Below the pieces are notes generated by a model, which had not been told where the DNA came from, searched no databases, and saw only the letters and a program-made list of their open reading frames with translations. Positions 12,801 to 25,346 of a stretch of 64,000 bases of DNA are shown piece by piece. The position numbers were made by a program, and so were the translations under genes. Every line of letters begins with the position of its first letter. The stretch's first letter is position 1. Source of the DNA: the human T2T-CHM13v2.0 reference genome, Homo sapiens; NCBI RefSeq assembly GCF_009914755.1, contig NC_060932.1. One strand, 5' to 3'.

Positions 12801-14117
12801 ACCACTCAGCAAAATGTCTGCTTATGCCCGTCTCCTAGTCCACCATGAGTGAATGGGAAGGAGGGGGGCAGGACTCCAGATGGCTGCAACGCCTCCACTA
12901 GGTTCCCTGGGTGGGCATCTGCCAGCCCCTCATTGATAACCTGCAGCAAGCCCGGAAGACAGAGTCATCCCCCACCTCCCAGTCCTTCAGGTGAGAAAGG
13001 AGGGGCCCTACCACAGCAGCTACAGGTGACAGGAGAAATCCCACACCTGAACAAGGGTCAACAAACAGCTGACCCCTCCCCCTAAAGCCCCCCCGCACCC
13101 CAGTCTCCCCCCAGTGCAGTTCTCCCTGCCCACTGGGCCTCAGGCTGTTCTGCTCCTTTCTTATCTTCACGTCTTGCGTTAAGGCTCTGATGGCTGCACT
13201 TCTGCGGATGCGGGACATTTTGGGTCTTGGGACCCTCCTCCTGCTGGTGCTCAGTCTCTCTCTATCCTTGCATCCTCAGAAGGCACAAGAGATGATTCCC
13301 CCTGCCAGAGAGCTGGCCTCTTTATCCAGGCTAAAGATTCCACCAGACACACAGCAGGTGCGCCAGGCATTCTCCGTGATCAAGGGAGTGAAATCCTGAG
13401 CAAACAGGCGTATCGTGGTGAGACAGGACCAAGATCCCCAGTAAGCCGGGACACCCCAAGGACACAGTGAGCGTGTGGCCCCCCAAAGCCCTGAGTTACA
13501 GACTCAGACCAGCCACTGCCTAAACCCTTCCCAACGAGTCATTTCCACCACACTGAGTACGTCCTTGTTGGTAATGCCTGGACAGGCGGGGGGATGCTCC
13601 TGGAACACAGCAGGTCCTCCATAGCTGCTCAATGTTCCTGGGAAGAGGAGGCCAGGGAGAGGGAGAGCTATGAAGGGTAGAGTCAAGATGAGGGCCAGCC
13701 AGAGGGCGGGACCCATGGCCTAATTCAGATTCAGACACTGCCTATGCTAGGCCTAGGTCACAGACATGCACTCAGGGAGGTCTCAAAGCACCCAGCACTC
13801 TGCCCTGTCTCTACTAAGAGCAGGGCCAGACTCCGCAGAGGAGAGGGAGATGCATTGCCTGTGAACCCAGGACCATGCAGGTACAGGCTGCACCAGGGAG
13901 ATGCATTTCAGCTCAGGAGGAGGGCAGGAGAAGGGCGCCCCTACACTCCTGAACCACCCTTCCAGGTTCTGGGGTACATGCCCTTGTGGCTGTGATGGGG
14001 TCAGTGCGGTGCGGTGGGCCTGGCTTTGTGATTTGAGGGCAGTCCCATAATCCTCTGAGCCTCTGTTTTCTCAGTTAACAAGTTGGGATGATAGCAGCAG
14101 CCTCATGGTGTTTGTGG

Positions 14118-14351
14118 AAAGAAGGAAAGAAAGAAAGAGAGAGAGAAAGAAAAAGAGAGAGAGAAAGAGAGAAATAAAGAAAGAAAAAGAAAAAGAAAGA
14201 AAGATGAAAGAAAGAAAGGAAAGAAAGAAAGAAAGAGAAAGAAAGATGAAAGAAAGAAAGGAAAGAAAGAAAGAGAAAGATGAAAGGAAAGAAAGAAAGA
14301 AAGAAAGAAAGGAAAGAAAGAAAGAAAGAGAAAGAAAGATGAAAGAAAGGA

Positions 14352-14403
<52 letters not shown>

Positions 14404-14437
14404 AGAAAAAGAAAGAAAGAAAGGGAAAGAGAGAAAA
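14118..14437. repeat. Complex (GAAA)n / polypurine simple repeat inside a MIR
   Basis: ~320 bp of A/G with only five T interruptions (14175, 14205, 14247, 14281, 14340). MIR sequence on both sides. Confidence 0.95.
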
Positions 14438-16436
14438 ACCTGGGTAAAGCTGGCCCCAGTCCTCGCACAGAGCAGGCACTACCCCATGGCCTGTCTCCCT
14501 GTCTCTGAGAAGTGCCCCACGGTCCCCTCAGCCTATAGGCAGGGGTGGCAGGGGGAGTGGAGTGCAGAGAAGCAGAAAGGAGAATAAAGGAAAGCAGAAG
14601 CTGCCCCGACTCATGCAGACAGGCTCCTCGTCTGCTCCGTGATGACTTTCTATTTTTAGGTGACAGCGCTCTCTGTGACCTGCTTTGTAAATAGATGCTT
14701 TGCAGAAATAGATCGGGGCCATCCTGTGCGGGGTGAGAGGAGAAGTGGGCTGGGGACCAGGGCGCACCAAGGGGCTTAGCCTCCCTTCTTCCTCCAACAG
14801 GAGAACTGGGCCTTGAGAAATGAGAGCCAGGAGGACATCAGTTGTTGGACGAGGGTTACGGAGTGGCAACCCAGGCTGTGCCCCCTTTTCTGGGGCCATT
14901 TTGAGGGCATTCACTGCACAAAAGTTGTTTCCTTCGTTTTATCAGAATTGCAGTAAATTCAGCCGGAAAGAAAAGAGGATTCAGCTGGTCACAGCAAGCC
15001 CAGCATGATAAAAAGAGCATCAGCCCAAGATCCACGAGGAAGAGAAGGGACCTAAGCTCAGGTGCATTTCCTGCGGGAGGTGCTACACTAGGGACCCATA
15101 CACGGGGAGTGTGGTCTGTAGTCCTGACAGCTGGGACCCATGGCCCCACTTGACTCCTGAGGGATACGACCCTCCGAGATTCTAGGGCTTGCCCGCGATC
15201 CGCAGCGGGAGGGGGCAGCGTTGGGATGGAGGGTCCCTCCGCCTGGCCCTGCAGCAGAGGCTGCTGTAGCTGCACCTCCCAGGTGCTCTCTCACTCCCGA
15301 TGGGCATCGCGTCCCAGCCCTGGCCCCTGGCCCTCCCTGATGGCAAGCGAGGCCTGTGACAGACACCACCTCTGGGCCAGGTCACTTACAGATGATGTGC
15401 CTTCTCTGCTCAGCTCCTCTCTGGGGGGACAAAGCCACCTCTTGCACCCAAGGAAGGGGCTGAACAGCTGCCAGGACTCCCCGCAAACCCTCTGGGACCA
15501 CAACACAAGTGGAAATAGTTCTTCATGAGGTGATCCTGGAGACAGAGGTCTTTTTATGTTTGGTTTTGCTTTTTGGATAGCCTGTTCTCATGAGTGCAGA
15601 TTCCTGGGTCTATGTTTCTCCCCACTACATTTTGCAGTTATGGGTCCTAAGAAAGTTCTAGATGAGCCACATCCAACCTCTAAACCTCAGTAGTCTCATG
15701 TGGAAAATGGAAGGATTGCTATAAACCTGTCCCAATCCCTTACATCTTGTGGTTCTGGGTTTCTCAGGACCACTCTGCTTCTGGCCCAAAGCCCTGGAAG
15801 GGCACAGAGAGGACACAGAAGGTGGGGCTGCCAGGTGGGTCGGGGCTGGCCCACCTCTCTCTGCGTAGGTGCCGGCAGCCCTAGTGGCCCCTCCTCACTG
15901 CCTTTCATTTCCTCCCTCCCTCTTCTGCCTCACATTTTAGCTACAAAGTCAAGTAACCTCTCCAGGCTCAGTTATCTGATTGAAAATCTAACAAACACTC
16001 TCAGTGTCCTACTGGACGCTCTCTCGGCCACTTTTGAGAACACCAGAAGCTTCTGTGGGCAACCCCTACACATGTTGGTGGCTTCTTGCCTCAAGTACTG
16101 TGGTTTTGTCTACCTCAGGAACGTGCTTGTGGAATGGCACCCCCAGAAGAAATGCTCAGCCAGTGAGAGAGGGCATCTGGTGGGTGGCACTTGAATGTCC
16201 TGGGTTCCTTGCCTCTTGCTGTGAGAATTCAGAAGCATGTTCCGCCCCCACTTTTCAGAGGGACCCAAGTGGGACTGAGCCCCAGGCTCCTGACCAGAGA
16301 CTGCTCACAAGCACACCCTCTCTCGGCCTCTCTCCTGTCCCCCAGCCTCCCCACTGTCCCACTGTGCTTCCCCGGATCACCTCCCAAGGAAACGGTTTGT
16401 ATCCTGTCTTAGGGGCTGCTTTGGGAGAAACACAAA

Positions 16437-16918
16437 CTAGTAGACAGAATGATGTCCATGCTCTAATCCCTAGAAGCTGCAAACATGTTTTGTCACCCAG
16501 CAAAGGGGACGGTGTAGTTATGATTGGTGAAGGATTGTGAGATGGGGAAATTATTCTGCATGATCCAGCTGGGCCCCAGTGGAATCACAAGGGTCTTTCT
16601 AATGGGAAGGCAGGAGGGTCAAAGTCAGAGAGAGCAGATGTGAGTATGGATCCTAGGAGTGGAGTGATGTGCTTTGATGATGGAGGATGGGCCCATGAGC
16701 CAAGGAATGTGGGCGGCCTCTAGAAGCTGAAAGAGACAAGGAACAGAATCTCCTCTAGGGTCTCCAGAAAGAAACACAACCCACCCACAGCTTGGTTTTA
16801 GCTCAGTGAGACCCATACTGGACTTCTAACCTACAGAACTGAGAGAAAATAAACTTGAGTTGCATTCAGGCACTAAGTATGTGGCAATTTGTTACAGGAG
16901 AAATAGGAAACAAATACA
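16437..16918 (+). mobile_element. MLT1D solo LTR
   Basis: ggcccatgagccaaggaatgtgggcggcctctagaagctg ... ataggaaacaaataca 3' end. Confidence 0.85.
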
Positions 16919-19199
16919 CAGAACTAAGACAACTTGGGCAGTCCTTGAGTGTAATGGGAAGAGCTCAAGTTTTGGAGCAAGGTGGCCTGCTTTGAATTAC
17001 CTGGCTTTGCTAACCAGCTGGAAGGCTTTAGGTGAATTCCGCAACCCCTCTAACTCTTGATTCTCTGACCTGGGTTTTCTGACAGATTTCTGAGGTTGCT
17101 TAAGAGAAGACTCAGCAGGAGGTGGGTAAGAGGAAGAAGCCAGGGCAATTTATTTTTCATTTCCCTTAAATGCCAGCAACATTTTGCATTCTGCATAGAG
17201 AAAACATACCATCTCATTGCCTCTGAGGAAAAATATATTGCTCCTGTTAGTTACATAATTGAATTCATAGAAGTTGGTGGATTTTTATCATTTTTATTTA
17301 CTTTCATGCGTTGTCTCACCCCTCATAAAAGGATTTGGGGATGGTTTCCAGCAATGCATGCATGCTATACATAAGGATGAAAGGAAGAGATGAGGACGTG
17401 TGGGAAAAAGCAACTGGGGTTGAGGAAATGAGACGCAGGCAGAGGAAGGTGGGATTGGAGGGCATCATGCATACCATAAGGCCTAAAATGGTCCCTTGAG
17501 CATCCCAGCAGCCAAGGCAAAAAGGACAGAGGATAGCTGCAAGGTTCAAGTGTCCAGAAGACACATCCTTTGGGGTGTGTGGAAGAACACACAGGAACAC
17601 CCTAGCAGCCTGAGGAGGCAGGGGCTGGAGAGAAGGTCAAAGGCAAAGGGCAGGAAGGTGTCACCCAGGAACCTTCCTGGAAGAGGCAATGCATGCTTCC
17701 TCTTGCAGAGGAGAGTCAGAGGTTAGAGGAAGAATGAAAGACAGTCCAGGCAATGAGAGCAGTATGCCCCATGCCCTGGGAAGAAATGGAGCACGTATGC
17801 AGGGCATGCAAGCAGGCCACGCTTTGGGGGAAGGGTGGAGCTGAGGCTGGGAGGTAGCAAGGCCTCCATGTCCTGCAGCACTTTGCTGCCATGCTGAGGA
17901 GCTACAACTTGGCTTTCTGGACCGTGAAGGGCGCTTGGGGGTTTGAGTTGGAGACGCAACGTCATGAGATCCACATTTTAGAAGGAGCCAGCTGATATGT
18001 GGAGGGGATCACCGCAGCTGGAGGCAGCTCTCGTAGCAGTCCTTGGAGAGAGAACACATTTGTCGAATTCTCAGCTCGCTCCTTTCCCACTGCCCCAGGC
18101 GGTGTGGGGAATTGTCTAAGGGAGGTGCAGGAAGAATAGAGATGCAGGGACTGGCACAAGCCGGGGAAGCCAGAGCTCTCCCCTGACCCCATTCATCAGC
18201 CCTCCTGGCTCATCTGGTTTCTGCAGCCCCCAACCCGAGGGAGCAGATGAAGCCCAAAGCATATTCCCAGCAATATGGAGGCCACCTTGTCGAGCTGTGG
18301 TTGGTCCAAAAAGCCTGGGCTACTCTCAGACTCTAAACCACCTCATGCCTGGGAAGCTCCATCCATAGGAGCCCTGGTTTCCTGTGGCCATAGAAGTATC
18401 TCTCCTCTCTCCCTCCAGTCTCTGCAGGATGACCAGAGGTGCTTTTCCAAGATAGGCCAACCTGCACCAGCTGGCCCCACTCACTCTTAGGCACTCCTTC
18501 CCCCGCTCCTTCTGAGCACCCTCAGCCCTGGCCCCAGCCTGCCTCTCAGCCTCCACCCCATGCTTTGAATGCTGCCAACAAAGGAAGGTGGGTGGTCAGG
18601 CCCTAAATGGGAGATGAGCACGCTGAGGACAGCAGAGGGGCCTGCTGGCCCTTCCTAAGCAAGTGTGGGCTGGGGCCAGGATCTAAATTATCTCTAGGAC
18701 TCTGCGAGCAGCTCTTTCTGCTCTCCCAGCTGACGACCGCTGCCATGCCCTGGCCAGCCCTGGCACCCAAAACAAAGGCAGCTTGTGATGAAGAGCGCAG
18801 GCTCCCGAATGGGACTCCAATCCTGGCTTCACCTCAGGGCTACCCACATTGCCTTGGGCAGGTTATGCCATCTCTGTGTCCTCTCGGCAGGGCAGGCTGC
18901 AAAATAGCAGCTCAGTCAGAGTTGGTGTGAGGATCAAATGAGAGAACAGGGGAGAGATCTCCGCCCTGAATCTGATTCTCCAGCCGGGGCCATGCTGGCT
19001 GCTGTTATCTTGATCATTCCCTTATCTGTTTAGCTGCAATGAGGGCTGTGGTGAGGGCTAAGTGGAAGCGCCCTGCAGACCCCAGAAGGGGAAGGAGAGC
19101 CGAAGTCTCAGGGGATCAGCAGTGTGCCCAGCACTTTGTGTTTGTTGAGACGGGACAGGCTTGCTGGACTCTCACTTTTCAATGCCGGTTTTGGAGATT

Positions 19200-19640
19200 T
19201 GTATCCGTTAGAAGCCTTTTGTTTCCAAGCCTCAGAACAACCCAGAACACGCTGGCTCTCAGCCAAAGGGAATTATTGATTCAAGTAAGCCAAAAAGTCC
19301 AGAGGATAAAGCTAGCTTGTCTCTTAAATCTGGTCCCTTGGGGCTGGTGCCATTCCCGGACTAACTGCTCTCTTCCGGTCTCAAGACAGCCAAGCCTTCT
19401 TCCAGGTGAGATCTGGTCACCCTTACCCAGCCAAGACTCTGTGGTGCATTCTGATTGGACAGACTTGAGTCACACGCCCCAGCCAAGACTCTGTGATGCA
19501 CTCTGATTGAACAGCCTTCAGTCACATGCCCCAGCCAGGACTCTGGGATGCATTCTGATTGGACAGACTTCAGTCACGTGCCCCAGCAAGCCTCTATGAT
19601 GCACTCTGATTGGACAGACTGGGGTCACTGTGCTAGTCCA
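19200..19640 (-). mobile_element. Old MLT1 (K/L/N-like) LTR remnant containing a minisatellite
   Basis: Terminus-like gtatccgttagaagccttttgtttccaag and the ctgattgg...gtcacatg motif typical of old MLT1 LTRs. Confidence 0.5.
19428..19628. repeat. 52-bp tandem repeat, ~3.9 copies
   Basis: Units start at 19428, 19480, 19532 and 19584; consensus ~cagccaagactctgtgatgcaytctgattggacagacttcagtcacrygccc. Confidence 0.95.
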
Positions 19641-19966
19641 AAAACAAATTGCTGTAGCCAGAGAATGAAGACTTTGAAGGGCTCCAGAGGTCTTGTTCTC
19701 CAGCCCTGGGTCTGAGGCTGAGGTGAGGATCACTTGTACACCAGAGGCAGAAATGGGGCACAGATGCCCTCTGGGTTGCTGCGGGCTGAAGTTAACAGGA
19801 AAGGCTCGGTGGAGGCCATGGATTTATGAAAAAGGCGAGGTTAGAAATGGACCAAAGGATGCCAGGGAGAGAAGAGAACATTGCAAACGGATGTTCAAAT
19901 CACACCCCTTTCTCAAAAATCAGTGCAGCCCATCTGAGAGTTTGGAAATTTGGTGCCTCTCGGCTA

Positions 19967-20154
19967 AGGTTGCCGGATTAAGCAAATAAAAATATAAGAT
20001 GCCCAGTTCAATTTGAATTTCAGATAAGCAACAAATAAATCTTTATGTATAAGTATGTCCTTTGCCATATTTGGGACATGTTTTACAAGAAGAAATAATT
20101 CATCGTTTAAAACTCAGATTTAACTGGATGTGCTGTATTTCACTGGGCAACCCT
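19967..20154. mobile_element. MER53 palindromic DNA transposon (MITE)
   Basis: Termini aggttgcc...ggcaaccct; internal arms gatgcccagttcaatttgaatttcaga / ctcagatttaactggatg. Confidence 0.85.
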
Positions 20155-20677
20155 GCAATCTGCGCTCTCCCTTTGTTTTGAAGCATCCTCAGACCTTTCA
20201 AAGAGACTTGTTCTGTGTAAATGCTGGTAGAACTCACACTCCCTGGCATCATCCCCCAGAACGGAGATTTTCCAGCTCAGTATAACGTCAGTATCATGAG
20301 CAGCTTCCAGCAGTCAGAGCTGTCCCAGGAGGCAGAGAGTCTTCTCACAGTGGAACAGTTCTCTTCCCACTGCAAATTCCCAGGGGCAGAGAGCTCCCCT
20401 GGCCTTTGTCAGCTGGGCAGAGCTCTTCTGTTAGAAGATTCCATGTGCTGGAGTCCTCGCTTTTTTCTCATCTCTGGTTGGGACCAGAGGAAAACAGTTA
20501 TTTTGGAGGGTGTGTCATCCTCATAAAACTAAACTTGCCCATGCAAGGGGTGATGGGGAGGGGGCTCTCTCAAGTTCTAAAGTTGGGTTATGGGGAGGGA
20601 AAAGTGTTGGCAAATCCTTCTAGCCCCGTAGCTAGGTCACATGATCCTTTAACCAAGCTTAATAATGAGCAGCAGAC

Positions 20678-21120
20678 TTAGTTGCACGTGACAGAAAATT
20701 TCAAATAATTGTGATTAAACAATAGTTTGTTTCTTTCACATACAAATGATGTCCATAAATAAGTCAGATAATGCAGGGCTGATATGGGGACTCCACAGGG
20801 CCATCAGATCCCAGCCTTTCTCTCCATTACCTGAAATGCAGGCTTTCATCTTGAGAGTCACCTCACAGGCCAAGATGGCTGCTGGAGTTCCAGCCATTGC
20901 CTCCACATTCCATACCGCAGAAGGAAAGACAGAAACAGTACCCATCCCAGCTAAGTTAGCTCCTCTTGTACAATCTTCTTGGAAGTCTGACACTACATTT
21001 TAGTTTACATCTTCTTGGCCAATACTTGGCAACCACTTCTAACTGCAAGGGAGGCTGGACAGTGTCGTCTTTTGATGGAGAAAGAGAGAAGGAATGTCAG
21101 ATGACCACAAGCAGTTTCTG
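20678..21120 (-). mobile_element. MLT1J/K-type LTR
   Basis: caagatggctgctggagttccagccatt and aactgcaagggaggctgg motifs. Confidence 0.65.
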
Positions 21121-21208
21121 CTATAAATAACAGAAGGTGCCATTTTGATCACTCAACTGACTTCAGAGTTCTCAATTGCTTCTGTTATCTTGGATGGAGC
21201 AAGGTAGA

Positions 21209-21516
21209 TTTTTTGTTTGTTTGTTTTTAATTGAGACAGAGTCTCACTCTGTCGCCCAGGCTGGAGTGCAGTGGTGCGATCTCAGCTCACTGCCAACCTC
21301 TGCCACCCAGGTTCAAGCCATTCCCATGCCTCAGCCTCCCGAGTAGCTGGGAATCCAGGCGCCCACCACCATGACCAGTTAATTTTTTGTATTTTTAGTA
21401 GAGACAGGGTTTCACCATGTTGGCCAGGCTGTTCTCGAACTACTGACCTCAGGTGTTTTGCCTGCCTCGGTTTCCCAAATTGCTGGGATTACAGCTGTGT
21501 GCCACTGCACCTGGCC
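21209..21516 (-). mobile_element. AluS
   Basis: Full dimeric Alu with T-rich tail; degenerate TSD caaggt...tttt. Confidence 0.95.
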
Positions 21517-23808
21517 AAGGTGGGGTTTTATATCAGTTCCCTGAGCACACAGAAGTTCAAGCAGATAAGCTGCTCCCTCTGGCCTGGGAAGGGAGTCCTG
21601 CTTTTACTGATGGTTGTACATGGCCAGCAGTTTTCTAACCCTTTCTCCTAACAAAATCTTACCAGTATGAAGAACTGGTGAAATTGGAGCTGCTCCAGCT
21701 AGGACCAGGATCTTCCCCAGGACACCTCCTGGGCTGAGCCCTGGCAAACCCCCAGTTTATAAGGAACAGAGTTGGAAAACCACGAAACCAGCCAACCTTG
21801 CAAACCCCTTCCTGTTCTGAGGTCCTACTACTCTCAGGGTTGGTGATGACCACAAGGTCCCCTTTCTCCAAGGTGACCTCAGACACAGGCCTACCAGCTT
21901 TCTTGAAGATTCTATCATGGAGTACTCTGCTTAGAGTTAGGGAATCCCTTAAGGATCAGCTTTGGATTCAGGAATTCACTGTTGCCAAACTGTCATTAAA
22001 GGATAAGGCTCCAGGGGAGCTCAGGGCTCCCTCCCCTCACCCAGAGTCTGGGTCAAGGCCAGGCCAAGCTGAGCACAGCACTAGGGGTGGGATGGTATCT
22101 GGTATCTCTTCCTACTGTGAGAAGGGAAAGGACTTGGAGACTCAGTGTCAGCCAAGGCTCCTACTCATTTACGTCTCCTGCCTGCCCTCTGGGCAGCACC
22201 TATCTCCATGGCTTCCTCCAGCTTGAGAGAAGGTGGCCTCCTCCCCACCCCACCCTCTTGGAAACCAGTTAGGAAGAGGATGAAGACTGGTATGTCCCTT
22301 TGTGTCTGCTCCTGAATGGTGTATTTTGGGTCCTACCTAATCCAGCCCTCGGGTGGTGGTCCAAGCCCTCATGGGTGGTCACGGCTGTCTTCGTCAGTTT
22401 CCCTTGACCCTAGGCATGTCAATAGGCTGGTGACAGAGGTTTATGGAGAAGGGACTTGGGAATCCTGGAGCCTTAGCCATCTCTAATCTTTTCACCAGAA
22501 AAGACTCAGCAGGAGAACCAGTGAAGAATGACTTCCTCCCACACATGCACACTTCAGGAGAGTTCATCATTGAGGGGGTGTGGCCGCCTCCCCAGGGAGA
22601 GCCCCTCCTTCCTGTCTCACTGGGCTGCTGCCTTGTCTCTGGGGACCTGTGCGTCCTCAGGGCTGGGCGCACTCACACACAGCAGGGGCTTCATGCACAC
22701 TGGGTGAGCTGAGGCCTGGAAGGGGCGAATGGTTGGGGCCACACAGTGAGCAGTGCATTTGCCATGAATGACAGACACCCACAAAGGAATGAAAAATTGC
22801 TTTAAAAAAGAAGCTGGTGTCTGCCTTACTTATTTAAATGTTTATTCATTTATCACTTACATTCTGTCTACCTCTTGGAAAGGATTTGGGAAGTCTTACA
22901 ATATTGAAACACATATAAAAGAAGCAAAAAAAAAAACCTACACAAAATAAAGATCATATAAAAGAAACTAGAAAAAATATATATGTATAGACTACTTGTG
23001 CTGAAGTCGTTTCTGCCTCTGAGCTATTAATTTAGCTCCGAGGTGCCTGGAGGTAAAGCAGGAAGGGAAACATAGTCACATGGGCTGTTCAGCTCACCAG
23101 GTCGAGGGGAAATGACACTCGTTCTCCCTCACCTCTTCTCTCCCTCACTCTGCCTCATGGTGTCCACACCCGCAGCCTCCTCTTTAGCTTCATGAATAAT
23201 GGTGAGGATCATAGCTTTGTCCACTCTTCAGCAGACATTAAATGCTCAGTCCAGCAGTTCTCAGCTGTTGTCACGATCAGCTAGGGGCGCATGTGACTGG
23301 TAATAGTTTGCATATCAAAGTATATGAATGTATTTGCTTGTTAAAATAATTAGGAATGGCTTCAAGAGCATCCCCAAAGCAGCTCTCAGAAGCAGCAGGG
23401 AAGGGAGGGGAAGCTCCAGCCTCTGCCAGGCCAAAACCCTTAGCCTCTGCCAGGCCCTTCCTCCCAGCATCCCTGGGTGTGCTGGCACTGGAGAGCTGCC
23501 AGAATAGCCTCTTCCCAAAGGTACAGCTCCGTGTGACAAGGAGGGTGAAATGGATGCCCCCTGTGCATCTGGGTGGGGAGAGGAGGAGGAAGGGACGGGG
23601 AGATGGTGAGGATCATCGCCACCCTGAGTGACGACCTCCAAGTGCTGTAGGAACGACCTTCTCCCCTTAAAGCGATGCCAGCCACACAGCTGAAGGAAAA
23701 ATATGGGAGCCATTAGGACATCATGAAGATGGGGCAAAGGGTCTTGCAGTGAGGGGTAGGTGAAAGGAGCTCGCTGGGTCTGTGGAGGCCAGGTCTGCTT
23801 GCCAGTCA

Positions 23809-24342
<534 letters not shown>

Positions 24343-24623
24343 TTAGACAGCTCTGACAAGACAGTGTGAAAAGCGTTAAAACAGAGGTTGACGTGGGAGA
24401 TCAGGAACCAGAGGAGGGGCTCACTTAGTTCTGTCTTCCTCCACTGGACTGTGGGCAACTTGACTGCAGGGAGTGGGTATCATTAATATTTACATCTTCA
24501 GCCATGGGCACAGTGCTTAGCACACAGCACACGCATACTATACACGTGCAGATAGGAGTAGGCAGAGCGGAGATAGAGGGCAGAAAAAAATCAGGGAAGG
24601 GAGGATAGAAGAAAATTCATACT

Positions 24624-24760
24624 TGGCCGGGTGCAGTGGCTCACACCTGTAATCCCAGCACTTTGGGAGGCTGAGAAGGAGGGTCGCTTGAGGCCAGGAG
24701 TTTGAGACCAGCCTGGGCAACATAACGAGTCCCCCATCTCAGAAATAAATAAATAAGTAA
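24624..24760 (+). mobile_element. FLAM-C / free left Alu monomer
   Basis: Single monomer ending in an (AAAT)n tail; degenerate TSD agaaaattcatactt / agaagaattagtactt. Confidence 0.85.
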
Positions 24761-25247
24761 GAAGAATTAGTACTTCCTCTTATTGATCTAAAGCTTGCTT
24801 TCCTGTTGCTTGTACCCACTGGCTCTTGCTCTGTGCTTTACATCATAGAGAGTGGATACAACCTCTCCTCCTGACAGCCCTTCCAGATATTGAAAGTGAC
24901 AATCGCACTATGGCCCCAAAACACATGTTCCAGGCTAAGGATCTTCAGGCCCTCGATTCTTTTCCTATGCCTGAATTCTTTCAGTTCCCGGGCTGGTCAG
25001 GGGCAGCACAGAAACAACAGCGTGATAATAGCCCACAACCCCAACCCAGACAACGTGAGCTCATGGAATCCTCACTGCTCACACTCCATGCCAGAGAGCA
25101 TGAGCTTATGGAATCTTCACTGTTGTCAGTTAGATTCCATCATTGCCGGCATATTACAGATGAGAGAACGAGGCATAGAGAGGATGAATGGGTGTCCTGG
25201 GTCACAAAGTGAGTAAGTGTCGGAGCAGGGTTTGATTCCAGGCAGCT

Positions 25248-25346
25248 GGGCTTGGGGATGGGTGGGCAGGAGCTGCTTCCATCGACAGGCACTGGGCATG
25301 GGGAAGGGCGGGCAGGAGCTGCTTCCAGCGACAGGCACTGGGCTTG
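25248..25346. repeat. 46-bp tandem duplication (2.1 copies), each copy starting with a G4 motif
   Basis: gggcttggggatgggtgggcaggagctgcttccatcgacaggcact / gggcatggggaagggcgggcaggagctgcttccagcgacaggcact. Confidence 0.9.

Noticed and set aside
14075-14587. Lys/Glu/Arg-rich and Phe/Leu/Ser-rich ORFs of 121-160 aa
   Set aside because: Translations of the (GAAA)n microsatellite.
15088-16540. GC-rich stretch with many 70-180 aa ORFs
   Set aside because: ORFs on both strands with Pro/Gly/Ser/Leu-biased composition and no coherent exon structure; CpG density is too low for an island.
19428-19628. Regular repeats resembling a CRISPR array
   Set aside because: Head-to-tail units without unique spacers, in primate DNA; it is a minisatellite.
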